Shown: piece by piece, positions 43,224 to 52,499 of the stretch
Numbering within the stretch: the first letter of the stretch is position 1
Layout: the number at the start of each line of letters is the position of its first letter
DNA from: a virus
DNA length: 64,000 nt
Strand: one strand, 5' to 3'
IMG/VR virus record: IMGVR_UViG_3300049844_000277
Location: 36,520-100,519 of that record
The notes under the pieces: generated by a model
The model's database searches: none
What the model was told of the DNA's origin: nothing
The model's input: the letters and a program-made list of their open reading frames with translations, nothing else
Translations under genes and position numbers: made by a program

Positions 43224-44239
43224 TGCGCCCTCAACTGAAGCTTCAAATCCAGAGGAAGCGTATCGACTACAACAGCAAGCTTGGATTGGTCAACTTCACC
43301 CCCGGGTGCTACCTCATCTCGAAGTTCCTTGCCGCCTAAATCTTCCCAGAAAGAAGCGGGAAGCGCTGCTATCTTCTTCATCGGAACAAACGTACCACCC
43401 AAATCAACAGAATGGGCCGCCTGCTTTTCCGTATTGAACACCGTCCTCACGGCATCCGGAAGATTTCGGTCGTAGTGCTTATCTAAACCTGACTGCTCGT
43501 CGAGCTCCGCGAGAACCGACGCAAACTTCATCAAGCCTTTTCGATCAAAAATTTCTACAGGCTTCTGCTTCAAGCCGTCCGCCAAAGTTTGATACGCTAG
43601 CTTAAATACCTTCGCATCTTCGGGAAGCTTGTTTGCACGGGCCTCAACCCAATCCCGCGCGGTCTTCGTATTCGAGACTACGAGTCCCGCGAGTTGTAGG
43701 ACCTCAGGGCGGAGCTCGACGTTAAGCTCATCTGCTCGCTTCACCAACTCCGCGCAGGCCGAGACACGGTGCTCCATATCCAACTTGGGCAAGGACTCTA
43801 CCAGTTCTTCTTGTGCCCGCTTACACTGCTCAGGATTCGTCACACGAAACAGCCTAAGAGTTGGTAAAAGATATTGATTATCCTCCGAAGCTACCTTCGC
43901 CGTCTCCTCTTGGAAGATAGATTCAGGAACGGCGTATACCTCTAACGCCTGCGCGATATTCGCGCGTACCTCCTCAGGAAGCTCCGAAGCTACCTTTGAG
44001 TACGCGTAGCTCAGCATGGCGTGCTCAGGTGTATGAAGAGGAAATTTTCGCTCCGACGGCCAAGCAAAGGCCGAATCGGGAAGCGCATCAGCTTCACTCG
44101 GCTCTATCGTCGCCTGCTTAACAAACTCCTCCATAGCAGGCATACGGTTGATCTGCCGGTACAAGGTACCAAATGCGGTATCGGAAAATTGGTCAATCGC
44201 TGACATTGTTGACCTCTGCAAGAGAAGACGTCGCGTCAA
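43214..44239 (-). CDS. Hypothetical protein (341 aa)
   Basis: Intact ORF overlapping the previous gene by 10 nt on the same strand. Confidence 0.45.
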   Translation of the reverse strand: MTRRLLLQRSTMSAIDQFSDTAFGTLYRQINRMPAMEEFVKQATIEPSEADALPDSAFAWPSERKFPLHTPEHAMLSYAYSKVASELPEEVRANIAQALEVYAVPESIFQEETAKVASEDNQYLLPTLRLFRVTNPEQCKRAQEELVESLPKLDMEHRVSACAELVKRADELNVELRPEVLQLAGLVVSNTKTARDWVEARANKLPEDAKVFKLAYQTLADGLKQKPVEIFDRKGLMKFASVLAELDEQSGLDKHYDRNLPDAVRTVFNTEKQAAHSVDLGGTFVPMKKIAALPASFWEDLGGKELRDEVAPGGEVDQSKLAVVVDTLPLDLKLQLRAHCR

Positions 44240-44251
44240 GAGTATAGGCGG

Positions 44252-45946
44252 ATGTTGGGAAGTGAGCCAGCATACTTCTTAAAGGATATCCAAAAAATGT
44301 CAAACCAGCCTGAACAAGAAAATGCACTCCAGAAATCGATGGTTTTCTGGGTGTCCCGCCGAGGAGCCTCTAACTACTGGGCCTCGGTCGTGAATGGAAT
44401 GAATAAGAGGTTCTCTAACGACGAAGGAACAATGTCGGTGCAGCTCACAGAGAACTGGAAATATATCCTCACCTGCCATCTTCCAGCGTTCGAATCGTGG
44501 TCGCCGAGAATGCGACTACTTGCTCTCGTTCACGAATGCGCTCACGTAGTTCTTCAGCACATTCCCCGGCTGTTCAAGATGTTGGCCAATTGTACAGACC
44601 CGTTCGTACGCACAGCCATCACATCGACGTTCAACTTCGCAGCAGACTTCGCGGCGAATGACGCAATCGTTCGACTTGAAGACGGATTCACAGAAGCGCA
44701 CAAAGCCTTCATGCACGTCAGTCCAGACGGAAAGCCGATTCCTCTCTCCAAAGAAGAAGAGGAGAAACTTCCCGGTGAATGGCCATTTCTTTTGCCAGAA
44801 GAATTTGGACTACCTCGTGGAAAGACAATGGAAGAGTACTTCGTGCTCATCCTCAAGGACCTCCCGAAGTTCAAACAACACGTCGAGGAGATGATGAAAA
44901 ACCTCGAACGTATTCTGAGTGAAATGGGGGAAGACTCCGAAGGAGAAGGAGAGGGAGAATCAGAGGATGGAAGTGGCGGCCAGGGAAAATCTCCCTCCCG
45001 TCGAAACATTCCACCTAAAGGGATTCCCGGCATTCCCGACGAAATCGTCAAGCACGCTCTCAACTCACCAGAGACCTTCGAGATGTTGCAGAAGGCCTTT
45101 GATAAGATTTCCAGTAAAGCACACAAGCAGTGGAACGAAAAAGCAAAGGAGATGACACCTGAGGAAGCAATCTCTGCGGGCAATAAGCTCAAGAAGCACG
45201 CGCAGACGATGGTCAGGGCCGCGAATGACCGCGTAAAGAGAGACCGCGGATTCATGCCCGGCGGAGTCCAGAAGATAATTGACGCGCTGATGGAGCCGGA
45301 CCAGATTCCCTGGGATTCAATTCTTCGAGACATCATTCACGGAGCAATAAGCGCTCGCGTTCAAGAGGAGATGGTCTCTCCGAATCTGTCTCTCATCAAC
45401 GAAGACTACTTGGAGCCGTGGCCTGGGCAAACATTGGAATTTGGCTTCAACATCACCTGGATGACCGATACCTCTGGTTCGATGGGTGATAGTGAATACG
45501 CGCGGGCGTGTAACTGCATGAACTCGCTGCTTGCGCAGAACAAGTTCGTATCCGTCACATACTGCGAGTGTGACGCCATCATGCAAAAGGAGGTGAAAGT
45601 CACAAACATCGAACCGCTCACAGAGGAATACTTGAGCGAGCTCCGTACACGCCGAGGATATGGAGGAACTGTCTATACGCCGTTCTTCAAGCGCGTAATG
45701 GGTGCGGATGAACCTCGGGATTGGATTGATGGCGCACCACGACTAGAGGATGCGCATCCCAAACCGGACTTAATGGTAATCTGCACGGATGGTGGCGTTC
45801 GTCTCATGGGAGAATGCTTCCCGAAGTATCGGCCAGAATGTCCCATCATCTGGTTGTTGATGCCAGGCTGCCATGCTACGACCGGAATGGATGATGTCGC
45901 GCCGGACCGGTTGATTCAGATGTATAAAATGCGGGAGGAGGAGTAG
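44252..45946 (+). CDS. MoxR-associated protein: putative HExxH metallopeptidase domain plus von Willebrand factor A (MIDAS) domain
   Basis: LALVHECAHVVLQH (HExxH); FNITWMTDTSGSMGDSE (DxSxS MIDAS motif); acidic linker EDSEGEGEGESEDGSGG. Confidence 0.65.
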   Translation: MLGSEPAYFLKDIQKMSNQPEQENALQKSMVFWVSRRGASNYWASVVNGMNKRFSNDEGTMSVQLTENWKYILTCHLPAFESWSPRMRLLALVHECAHVVLQHIPRLFKMLANCTDPFVRTAITSTFNFAADFAANDAIVRLEDGFTEAHKAFMHVSPDGKPIPLSKEEEEKLPGEWPFLLPEEFGLPRGKTMEEYFVLILKDLPKFKQHVEEMMKNLERILSEMGEDSEGEGEGESEDGSGGQGKSPSRRNIPPKGIPGIPDEIVKHALNSPETFEMLQKAFDKISSKAHKQWNEKAKEMTPEEAISAGNKLKKHAQTMVRAANDRVKRDRGFMPGGVQKIIDALMEPDQIPWDSILRDIIHGAISARVQEEMVSPNLSLINEDYLEPWPGQTLEFGFNITWMTDTSGSMGDSEYARACNCMNSLLAQNKFVSVTYCECDAIMQKEVKVTNIEPLTEEYLSELRTRRGYGGTVYTPFFKRVMGADEPRDWIDGAPRLEDAHPKPDLMVICTDGGVRLMGECFPKYRPECPIIWLLMPGCHATTGMDDVAPDRLIQMYKMREEE

Positions 45947-45958
45947 AATAGGCGCACT

Positions 45959-46264
45959 ATGCCAACCGTCACTCCTCCAATAACTGATGACTCGGATTGC
46001 AGGGGCTACAAAGTACGATTCAACGAATCTTGGGAAGGGTCTATCTACAAAGCGAACCGTCATTGCTGGATGGCTACGCTAACCAAGAAACAGAAGAATC
46101 GCGCGCTTGTCATTCGTCCCGGAAAAAATTTTCCAAATCCTACGGAAGCGAAGAAATGGTGTGAAGAACAATTTGAACTAGAAGAAAAATCAGCGGTCCC
46201 ATACGAACAAAAACTTCGAGACGTACTCGTCGCAATCCGTAAACAAATAGAAGAAACCCTATAA
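45959..46264 (+). CDS. Hypothetical protein (101 aa)
   Basis: Intact ORF, same strand, short spacing. Confidence 0.4.
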   Translation: MPTVTPPITDDSDCRGYKVRFNESWEGSIYKANRHCWMATLTKKQKNRALVIRPGKNFPNPTEAKKWCEEQFELEEKSAVPYEQKLRDVLVAIRKQIEETL

Positions 46265-46265
46265 C

Positions 46266-46652
46266 ATGTCGCTATACAACTCGCTTTTCGGCCAAGAAAC
46301 TCTGGCCCCAGTTCTCCTAAACGCGCTGAACCTGTCTCGAGAAACCGTCGGAAGATATCGAGACTGTTATCTGGCGAAGGGGGAAGACTTAGGAATGCGC
46401 ATCATCGTATTCACGCGAAACGGTGGCGGTAATCGTGAAGACTACGAAGAAGTAACTCGCTATCTTCAAGCACATCCCCTGTACGTTCGCGACTGGGATG
46501 AAGAGTACGATTGTACTTACGCGTCGTACGAGTTTCGCGTACCAGAGTCGCTAGCCAAGGCCTTGGAAAAATTTGATGAGGAAGAACTCATGCCGCAGTA
46601 CGCACCGATGGAAAAATTCAAAGCGGTAATTGAGAAGCTCAACAGTCAGTAA
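46266..46652 (+). CDS. Hypothetical protein (128 aa)
   Basis: Intact ORF followed by a CT-rich tract and a strong terminator. Confidence 0.45.
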   Translation: MSLYNSLFGQETLAPVLLNALNLSRETVGRYRDCYLAKGEDLGMRIIVFTRNGGGNREDYEEVTRYLQAHPLYVRDWDEEYDCTYASYEFRVPESLAKALEKFDEEELMPQYAPMEKFKAVIEKLNSQ

Positions 46653-46684
46653 CAGTCCTCCTCCCCCTCCCCTTCCCCCTCTAG

Positions 46685-46721
46685 GGCTTCTACGTACGCG
46701 TAGGAGCCCTTTCTTTTTCTT
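46685..46721 (+). terminator. Rho-independent terminator
   Basis: GGGCTTCTACG-TA-CGTAGGAGCCC (11-bp stem with one G-U pair), immediately followed by TTTCTTTTTCTT. Confidence 0.7.
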
Positions 46722-46728
46722 AGGTACC

Positions 46729-47331
46729 ATGGACCTCTACTGTCTTCGTGTTCGTAGGAACATCGCTGGACGTAAATTTCCCTTCGATAGAGTGTATCTC
46801 GCGAAATACGGGGATCACGTTATATTCAAAAGATTATTCAGGTATGCCTTCATCCTTCCCGTTGAAGGCGTACTAAAGGAAACGCTGTACTGTCTCCCCA
46901 TTGAAGACAGCATGACGCACGCATTCGACAGAGTAGAAACGCCTGAGAAAATTCCAGATGTAGAGTGGAAGACGCTCATCGACTCGACGGACTGGGTACT
47001 CGCGGTACCGATTCTATCGAAGTACGTGACCGCTAACATGCCGAGATATATTATTGCCAAGTCCACGGTGCCCCGAAGAGACAAGAAAAACTCTAACGCG
47101 TGCGCAAACCCGTTTCCAAACATGACGTACTTGCAGACACCCGAGCAAAACATTCGGCCAATATGTGTCGCATGTCCGAACTTTATCCAGCATCAGAACG
47201 GTCACTGCGAACTTGGAGATAAGCTCTGCTACGACTCTCTTTCCCTGGGAATCCGAAATCACTTTGAAGAAGGCATGATGGTTCCTCCTGCCCCGGAAAA
47301 AGAACAAGTGACTGAGGAGGGGAACGACTAA
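46729..47331 (+). CDS. Cys-rich hypothetical protein (about 200 aa), first gene of the RT operon
   Basis: ATG at 46729 after the terminator (the track ORF begins earlier, at 46630, inside the CT tract). CVACPNF...HCELGDKLC. Stop overlaps the RT start (TAATG). Confidence 0.5.
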   Translation: MDLYCLRVRRNIAGRKFPFDRVYLAKYGDHVIFKRLFRYAFILPVEGVLKETLYCLPIEDSMTHAFDRVETPEKIPDVEWKTLIDSTDWVLAVPILSKYVTANMPRYIIAKSTVPRRDKKNSNACANPFPNMTYLQTPEQNIRPICVACPNFIQHQNGHCELGDKLCYDSLSLGIRNHFEEGMMVPPAPEKEQVTEEGND

Positions 47332-48467
47332 TGCCTGTCTACAAACAAAATTTCCTTGAGCGAATTGAAGTACGCGAGCCACTCATCAAAGGCGTACCCC
47401 TTATCGTCGATGACTGGAGTCTGGCATTCCAGCTAGGTTTTACGGGTAAGACCGCGTGGTACATCATCCATGAACGCGCCAGTATGTACCGGGAGTTCAT
47501 GCTGAAAAAGAAGTCTGGGGGTCTCCGTAGAACGTTTGATCCAACTAACCTCCTGCGCATTTTCCAGAAACAACTACGCGCACGCATTCTGTTCCCGCTC
47601 GTATCTCGCCTAGGTCCGCACGTAGCCGCGTATCAGGTCGGTAAGAGCACGCTTGATGCGGCAAACTGGCACCTGCGCGAGTGTAAAATCTGCGACGACA
47701 CGACCCGTCCCGGCACGAGTCCTGTGAAACATGAGTGTCCTCGACGGGGTGTGAAGTTCAAAATGGATTTGAAGGATTTCTTTCTATCGACTCGTCGGTC
47801 CTGGATACGACAGTATTTCCACGAAGTCGTCGGATACAATCACTACGTCTCGTCGATTCTGGGGCACCTACTGACGACGAGTTATAAAGATGAGCGGAGA
47901 AAAGACAGGAACGGCGTTCCGCCAGGCGCATTAACAGCTGGCGATATTTGTAATCTCATCTGTGATTGGAAGATAGATCAACCGCTTATGGCGGCACTAC
48001 CCACAGGCTGGAAGTACACACGGTACGCCGATGACTTGTATTTCTCGTACGACGCACCCCTTCCATCAAAAGAAGTAAACAAGATAATCCGACTAGCCTC
48101 GGACACCATCACCGGCTCCGGTTACCGGGTAAATTGGAAAAAGCTCCAAGTGCAACACTGGAGCCGGCCCCAGCGAGTACTAGGTATCAATATCAACAGA
48201 AAACTAAACATCCCTGCGACTGAGTACCGTCGAATGCACATGATTCTGTATAAAGCAAAGAAGCATGGATTCCAGGCGCAACTTACGTGGGCAAAGAAAG
48301 CCGATGTTCCGGAACTTCACGCCTGGATAACCGGCAAACTGAATTACTACGCGCGATTCGCACCAGATAAAACCAATAAACTACAACGGCTTTATCAAGA
48401 AGCGAAGGACGCGAATCCAAGCGAAGAGGCCGCGGTGTTCAACTTTGGAACCGGTGCAAACCCATGA
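47331..48467 (+). CDS. Reverse transcriptase (RT domain motifs 1-7 plus thumb GxxNYY), 378 aa, no endonuclease or maturase extension
   Basis: Motif 1 KKKSGGLRRTFDP; motif 2 AAYQVGKSTLDAA; motif A KFKMDLKDFFLS; motif B' GVPPGALTAGDICNLICDW; motif C TRYADDLYFS; motif 6 YRVNWKK; motif 7 RVLGININ; thumb WITGKLNYYARF. Insert CKICDD...HEC between motifs 2 and A. Confidence 0.8.
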   Translation: MPVYKQNFLERIEVREPLIKGVPLIVDDWSLAFQLGFTGKTAWYIIHERASMYREFMLKKKSGGLRRTFDPTNLLRIFQKQLRARILFPLVSRLGPHVAAYQVGKSTLDAANWHLRECKICDDTTRPGTSPVKHECPRRGVKFKMDLKDFFLSTRRSWIRQYFHEVVGYNHYVSSILGHLLTTSYKDERRKDRNGVPPGALTAGDICNLICDWKIDQPLMAALPTGWKYTRYADDLYFSYDAPLPSKEVNKIIRLASDTITGSGYRVNWKKLQVQHWSRPQRVLGININRKLNIPATEYRRMHMILYKAKKHGFQAQLTWAKKADVPELHAWITGKLNYYARFAPDKTNKLQRLYQEAKDANPSEEAAVFNFGTGANP

Positions 48468-49840
48468 ACATGTACACGGTTTGCCACGCGTACGATGCAC
48501 GTAACGCAAGGTCAGATGCACTTGCGCTTTTGTTCAATACTCCCGACACTAAAAAAATAGCAGGAATCCCTGAGCTCTCCGAAATATATCCCAACGGATA
48601 TTTCGTCACTAGTATCTCCGACATAAAATCAGGAGACCCCTACAGACACTCATACTACCAAAGACAAAGATACTCCCACAATCCTGCTCCTTACACGATG
48701 GTATCCATTTTCGCTACGTACCCCCGTCCAGATGAGGCAAAACTAAACAGCGAAGATATTTGCTTCTTCGTAAATGGAAAAACATATCAGGTTAATCTAC
48801 GTACCCGCTACAACCACTGCCTGTCGTTGTTCAAAGCGGTAGGTTGTGCGCAATGCCCTGATAACGGGCTCCCCTGCGTATCCCAGGAAGCCGAAGAGCT
48901 AATCGAGCTTGATAAGAAACTCACCGACGCCGAAAGGCCTGTGTATTTCAACGAGACAGCGTTCTCGAACAATACCGAGTTCTTGAACGATATCGACGAC
49001 ATAGAGTTCTTAAAGTACCTACAAAGAAAGCACCCGTCCCTCGGTGACTTCAAACTTGTCAAACCCGGATCAACAAGTCCACGTTCGTTCCATAGTACTT
49101 TCCGCCCGTACTGGGACCACGACTTTTCGCTAGTTCCACGTAATGAAAAAGAAAAGTCAGACGCGGCATCTCGAGCAGCACGGACACGTAAGTTCAAGAA
49201 GGAAGAATGTCCTCAGTGCGTCATCAAAGATAGCTGCTCGAATGCATCCCGGTGTGATGGTAGATATCCGCCACAGGAGACGATTATCAAGCAGGCGAAT
49301 GCGGAGCTTACTGCGGCGATAGCCGGGTCGATACTTCCCGAGTGGGCGATATGGGAAGTTGCTCGAGGCGCGGGACAAACAGCAAAACATTCCAGGTGGC
49401 ACATCATGCTCACCGGAATACTATTAGACCGATATGGAAATGGGTCTCTCCGCGCTACAGTTCACCGCGCAAAAACAGACATCGATGAGTACAAAAGACT
49501 CAATACGTACGAAGAAATCGCTGAAGTATTTAACTTAGCGAAAACGGAAAAAGATGTGCCGCCCGAGCGTGGACCACTGAGGAGCTTTGAGCTCCGCGCA
49601 GTTTGGTGGTTGGCGCTTCTTGCTCGCTCAACCGCTCGAAGGGCTACAGGTTGGGGAGGTTCCCGGTACGTCGTAAGTATCGGTGTAGATGAGAAGACCG
49701 GTATCTCGCTCGAATGGACAAACGGGCGAGATATATCCCACTGGCACAGCAACAATCTACGTAAGATTGAAGATGTATCGAGGTGCCTCACGCCGAATAG
49801 TTTGTACGGCGTAGCTAAGGAACAATTCGTTCAGCGGTAG
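48464..49840 (+). CDS. RT-associated hypothetical protein (458 aa)
   Basis: Start overlaps the RT stop (ATGA). Contains a CPQCVIKDSCSNASRCDG cluster; no recognisable catalytic motifs. Confidence 0.55.
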   Translation: MNMYTVCHAYDARNARSDALALLFNTPDTKKIAGIPELSEIYPNGYFVTSISDIKSGDPYRHSYYQRQRYSHNPAPYTMVSIFATYPRPDEAKLNSEDICFFVNGKTYQVNLRTRYNHCLSLFKAVGCAQCPDNGLPCVSQEAEELIELDKKLTDAERPVYFNETAFSNNTEFLNDIDDIEFLKYLQRKHPSLGDFKLVKPGSTSPRSFHSTFRPYWDHDFSLVPRNEKEKSDAASRAARTRKFKKEECPQCVIKDSCSNASRCDGRYPPQETIIKQANAELTAAIAGSILPEWAIWEVARGAGQTAKHSRWHIMLTGILLDRYGNGSLRATVHRAKTDIDEYKRLNTYEEIAEVFNLAKTEKDVPPERGPLRSFELRAVWWLALLARSTARRATGWGGSRYVVSIGVDEKTGISLEWTNGRDISHWHSNNLRKIEDVSRCLTPNSLYGVAKEQFVQR

Positions 49841-50918
49841 GACACACTTCCTGGTACGCAAGGAAGGCTTCTGTATCTGCGAGGAGGGCGGCCGACTGAG
49901 CTTCGTCGGCTGCTCTCTTCGCTGTCGCCGCTTCGGCGGCAGCCGTATCTGCGTCTTTCTTTTTTTGGCTCGTAATGGACACTTCACCGAGCTTATTAGT
50001 ACAGGTGAGCGCCATATCGCTTCTAAACGCTTCGAGGACTGACTGTCCGTTCGTAACTTCATCCACGACCGCTGCATCCATGGCAGTCTTAGCGGCGTCC
50101 CAGATGGCTTTCGCGCTGGTGTAGGCGCTCTTTGCGGCGTCGTAGGTAGCATTATCTGCGGTACCTGCTCGATAGGCGTCGGCCACACTAACGAACGTAG
50201 TAACTGCGTTGGTGTAGGTAACCGACGCTGAAATAAAGTTGTTGACGCTTGCCCGGTACGTGCTAATAGCCGTGTTCCCGGAGTTGAAGCGCCCCAGCAT
50301 CGCGCTACACTTCTGGCTCTCACTTAACGCCGTGACGTTGTCTTCGTTCGCCGCTGAAGCTGCGGCTGCGGTTACGGTAGCGTCCGTCGTTGCTTCGGCT
50401 GCCGTCACTTTGCTAGCCAGGTACTCGGCGTGCGCCGTAGTGTACTCGGACTCCCGTTCCGCAACGATGCCCGCGGTGAGGGGCATTGAAATCGTCGAGT
50501 AGTCTGGCGGCGAGGTAAGAGGCGCCAAAAACTGCTCGTTGTAGGTATGCCAATCGGCAATCAGATTGTCGACACGTTGTTGAATGAGAAGCTTGGCGCT
50601 CGAGGCCGTAGCAATGTCATCATAAACAACCGTGAAGTTCGTGCTGAGATAAAGGGTCTGATTTAAGCCGACCGCCGTTTCTCGGCCTAAGGACAGCGTC
50701 GTCAAATCAGCTACGTTAGCGACGCGAAGAAAAGTATCTGACTTTGGATCAACTGAGTTAACTATCTGATGGACAAAAATATTTGACGTGTACGGAGAAG
50801 GCCCGTATAGGGGGAGATCTCCTGCCTCGACCGAGTCGATGCTCGAATCAATCTTGAAGCGTTGAATACTAGCTTCGTCGAGAAATACAGTGCAACGTTG
50901 TCCAAGAGTGGTAGGCAT
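49815..50918 (-). CDS. Ala/Thr-rich structural-like protein (367 aa), possible tail fibre or adhesin component
   Basis: Composition and repeats (AAKSAYTSAKAIWDAAKTAMDAA) typical of fibrous virion proteins; convergent with the RT operon. Confidence 0.4.
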   Translation of the reverse strand: MPTTLGQRCTVFLDEASIQRFKIDSSIDSVEAGDLPLYGPSPYTSNIFVHQIVNSVDPKSDTFLRVANVADLTTLSLGRETAVGLNQTLYLSTNFTVVYDDIATASSAKLLIQQRVDNLIADWHTYNEQFLAPLTSPPDYSTISMPLTAGIVAERESEYTTAHAEYLASKVTAAEATTDATVTAAAASAANEDNVTALSESQKCSAMLGRFNSGNTAISTYRASVNNFISASVTYTNAVTTFVSVADAYRAGTADNATYDAAKSAYTSAKAIWDAAKTAMDAAVVDEVTNGQSVLEAFRSDMALTCTNKLGEVSITSQKKKDADTAAAEAATAKRAADEAQSAALLADTEAFLAYQEVCPTAERIVP

Positions 50919-50945
50919 TTTTTGTTTTTCTTGTTTCCCTTGTTC

Positions 50946-51395
50946 TTACGGCACCGTAACGGCGGTAGTGCCAATCACGAACGAGGTCGCGATTATATCA
51001 TACTCTTGCGCCAAGCTCGTCAAGCGTGACTCGATGGTCGCCGCAAAGTCGATAGCCTGATTCGCCGCAGTATACAACTGGGTAACAGTGTTTTGTCGGT
51101 AAAAGGGAATGGCGGGCGTTGCTACGTCGGGATACGTCTGCACGTCAAGCACGGTGGCTATATGGTCATAGAGGCCGTCGCTGTACCGGTACACAAACAC
51201 AGCGTCATCGATATTAACCGTACTGGTGACCGTAGCCGCAACGCTGTATTGCGCCGGTGGACCAGTAATCGTCGACTGAACCAGATTGTACGTGATGCTA
51301 GTAGCGGCCATGGTGCTCCCAGTATAGGCCGCACATCTATCCATGTCTAAACAACTTCGAATCGGCCTTTGGGATGTGCAGAAGACCATCCCCAT
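50946..51395 (-). CDS. Hypothetical structural-like protein (149 aa), Thr/Val-rich
   Basis: Intact ORF upstream of the 367-aa gene on the same strand. Confidence 0.4.
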   Translation of the reverse strand: MGMVFCTSQRPIRSCLDMDRCAAYTGSTMAATSITYNLVQSTITGPPAQYSVAATVTSTVNIDDAVFVYRYSDGLYDHIATVLDVQTYPDVATPAIPFYRQNTVTQLYTAANQAIDFAATIESRLTSLAQEYDIIATSFVIGTTAVTVP

Positions 51396-51427
51396 TCTCT
51401 ATTTCTACCGTGTAAACCCCCGAACTG

Positions 51428-51937
51428 TTGATGACGACAAACTCAGATTATTGGCTGAGATGGGCAAGCGCCCAAGGAGCTACGATGCCGGCACACTCCC
51501 GAGGTCAAAGTCAAAGTCAAATCCAAAACCCAAATCTGGACGTGTTTCTAGAAGGTGACGTATATACGACGAATTGTCGATGCTCTGATTGTGGGAACAA
51601 TCACAGGAAAACAGAAAGAAAAGAATATTACTGGGCCACGGTCTCGAACTGCCACCGTGAATTAGCTCGAGCAGCAGAGGTTTACACGGCGGTCTGGGAG
51701 CCGAACACGGCGGGGTCTACCGTCGCAAAGCAGCTCATCGTTCCGCTGACCATCGGCCTCGCGGAGCTTGAAGTTCATCCTGAAAAATTTGAGAGCATCG
51801 CTCGTCGAAGCGTGTGTGCTCCGTACGGGGGATATCAATCCTTCGTGCATTTCATCCAAGGCTATCTGCAAGCGTGCATCGAGTACCCTGACGCCACCGT
51901 GCGGGTATCTACGCATAATTGGGGGCTACGTGATTGA
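51428..51937 (+). CDS. Hypothetical protein (169 aa) with CRCSDCGNNH motif
   Basis: Intact ORF; its stop overlaps a GTG that probably starts the next gene. Confidence 0.4.
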   Translation: MMTTNSDYWLRWASAQGATMPAHSRGQSQSQIQNPNLDVFLEGDVYTTNCRCSDCGNNHRKTERKEYYWATVSNCHRELARAAEVYTAVWEPNTAGSTVAKQLIVPLTIGLAELEVHPEKFESIARRSVCAPYGGYQSFVHFIQGYLQACIEYPDATVRVSTHNWGLRD

Positions 51938-52250
51938 TCTAATCGAGCAGCTAACTCGGCAGAAGGAGTTCTCTCTTAGGACCTTTGGGCCCGGCGATTC
52001 ACGCGAGAGATTCGCTGGATTGCGGGAGCATATTGAGAAGGAACTGAGAGAGCTGGAGTCCGCCCCGTACGACTTGGAAGAGTGGATAGACATCATCTTG
52101 TTGGCGCTGGACGGCGCATGGAGGACCGGCGCAAGTCCAGCAGAGATAATCGCAATGCTCCAATACAAGCAACGAAAGAACGAAGAAAGAAAGTGGCCCC
52201 GCTGGCAAGACGTTTCGTTTGAGCGAGCGATGGAACACATCAAGGACTAA
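51929..52250 (+). CDS. MazG-like all-alpha NTP pyrophosphohydrolase (probable GTG start; track ORF 51768..52250)
   Basis: RERFAGLREHIEKELRELESA...YDLEEWIDIILLALDGAWRTGASPAEI resembles the MazG/HisE EExxE...EExxD helical motif pair. GTG at 51929 overlaps the upstream stop (GTGATTGA). Confidence 0.35.
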
Positions 52251-52499
52251 CTGCGTAGTATCCCTCCCCACGACTATGTCTGACTGCTCTTCTTCTTCCC
52301 TTCCCTCCCCTTCTTCCCTTCCCTCTTCTTCTTCCCCTTCTTTTGACGCCGACATTCTGGCCGATGCCGAATCACGCGAGTACAACGAGTTCCTTCGCCG
52401 CGCTTACCTCCGCCGACGAATAGATAAACCTGGCTCTCGGTTAATCGGATACGGCGGCATGCCGAAGAATGACCAGCAAGCGAGATTCGGGCCCGCGAT

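Noticed and set aside
47331-48467. RT as a group II intron-encoded protein.
   Set aside because: The protein is only 378 aa, lacks a DNA-binding/endonuclease extension, and is translationally coupled to protein-coding genes on both sides. I saw no GUGYG...AY intron boundaries or a domain V-like hairpin.
46729-50918. RT operon as a classic DGR (with the nearby tail-fibre-like gene as target).
   Set aside because: I could not identify a template/variable repeat pair or an Avd-like gene by eye. The RT motif B' (PGALTAG) does not match the DGR IGxxxSQ form. This is left as an open check and not asserted.
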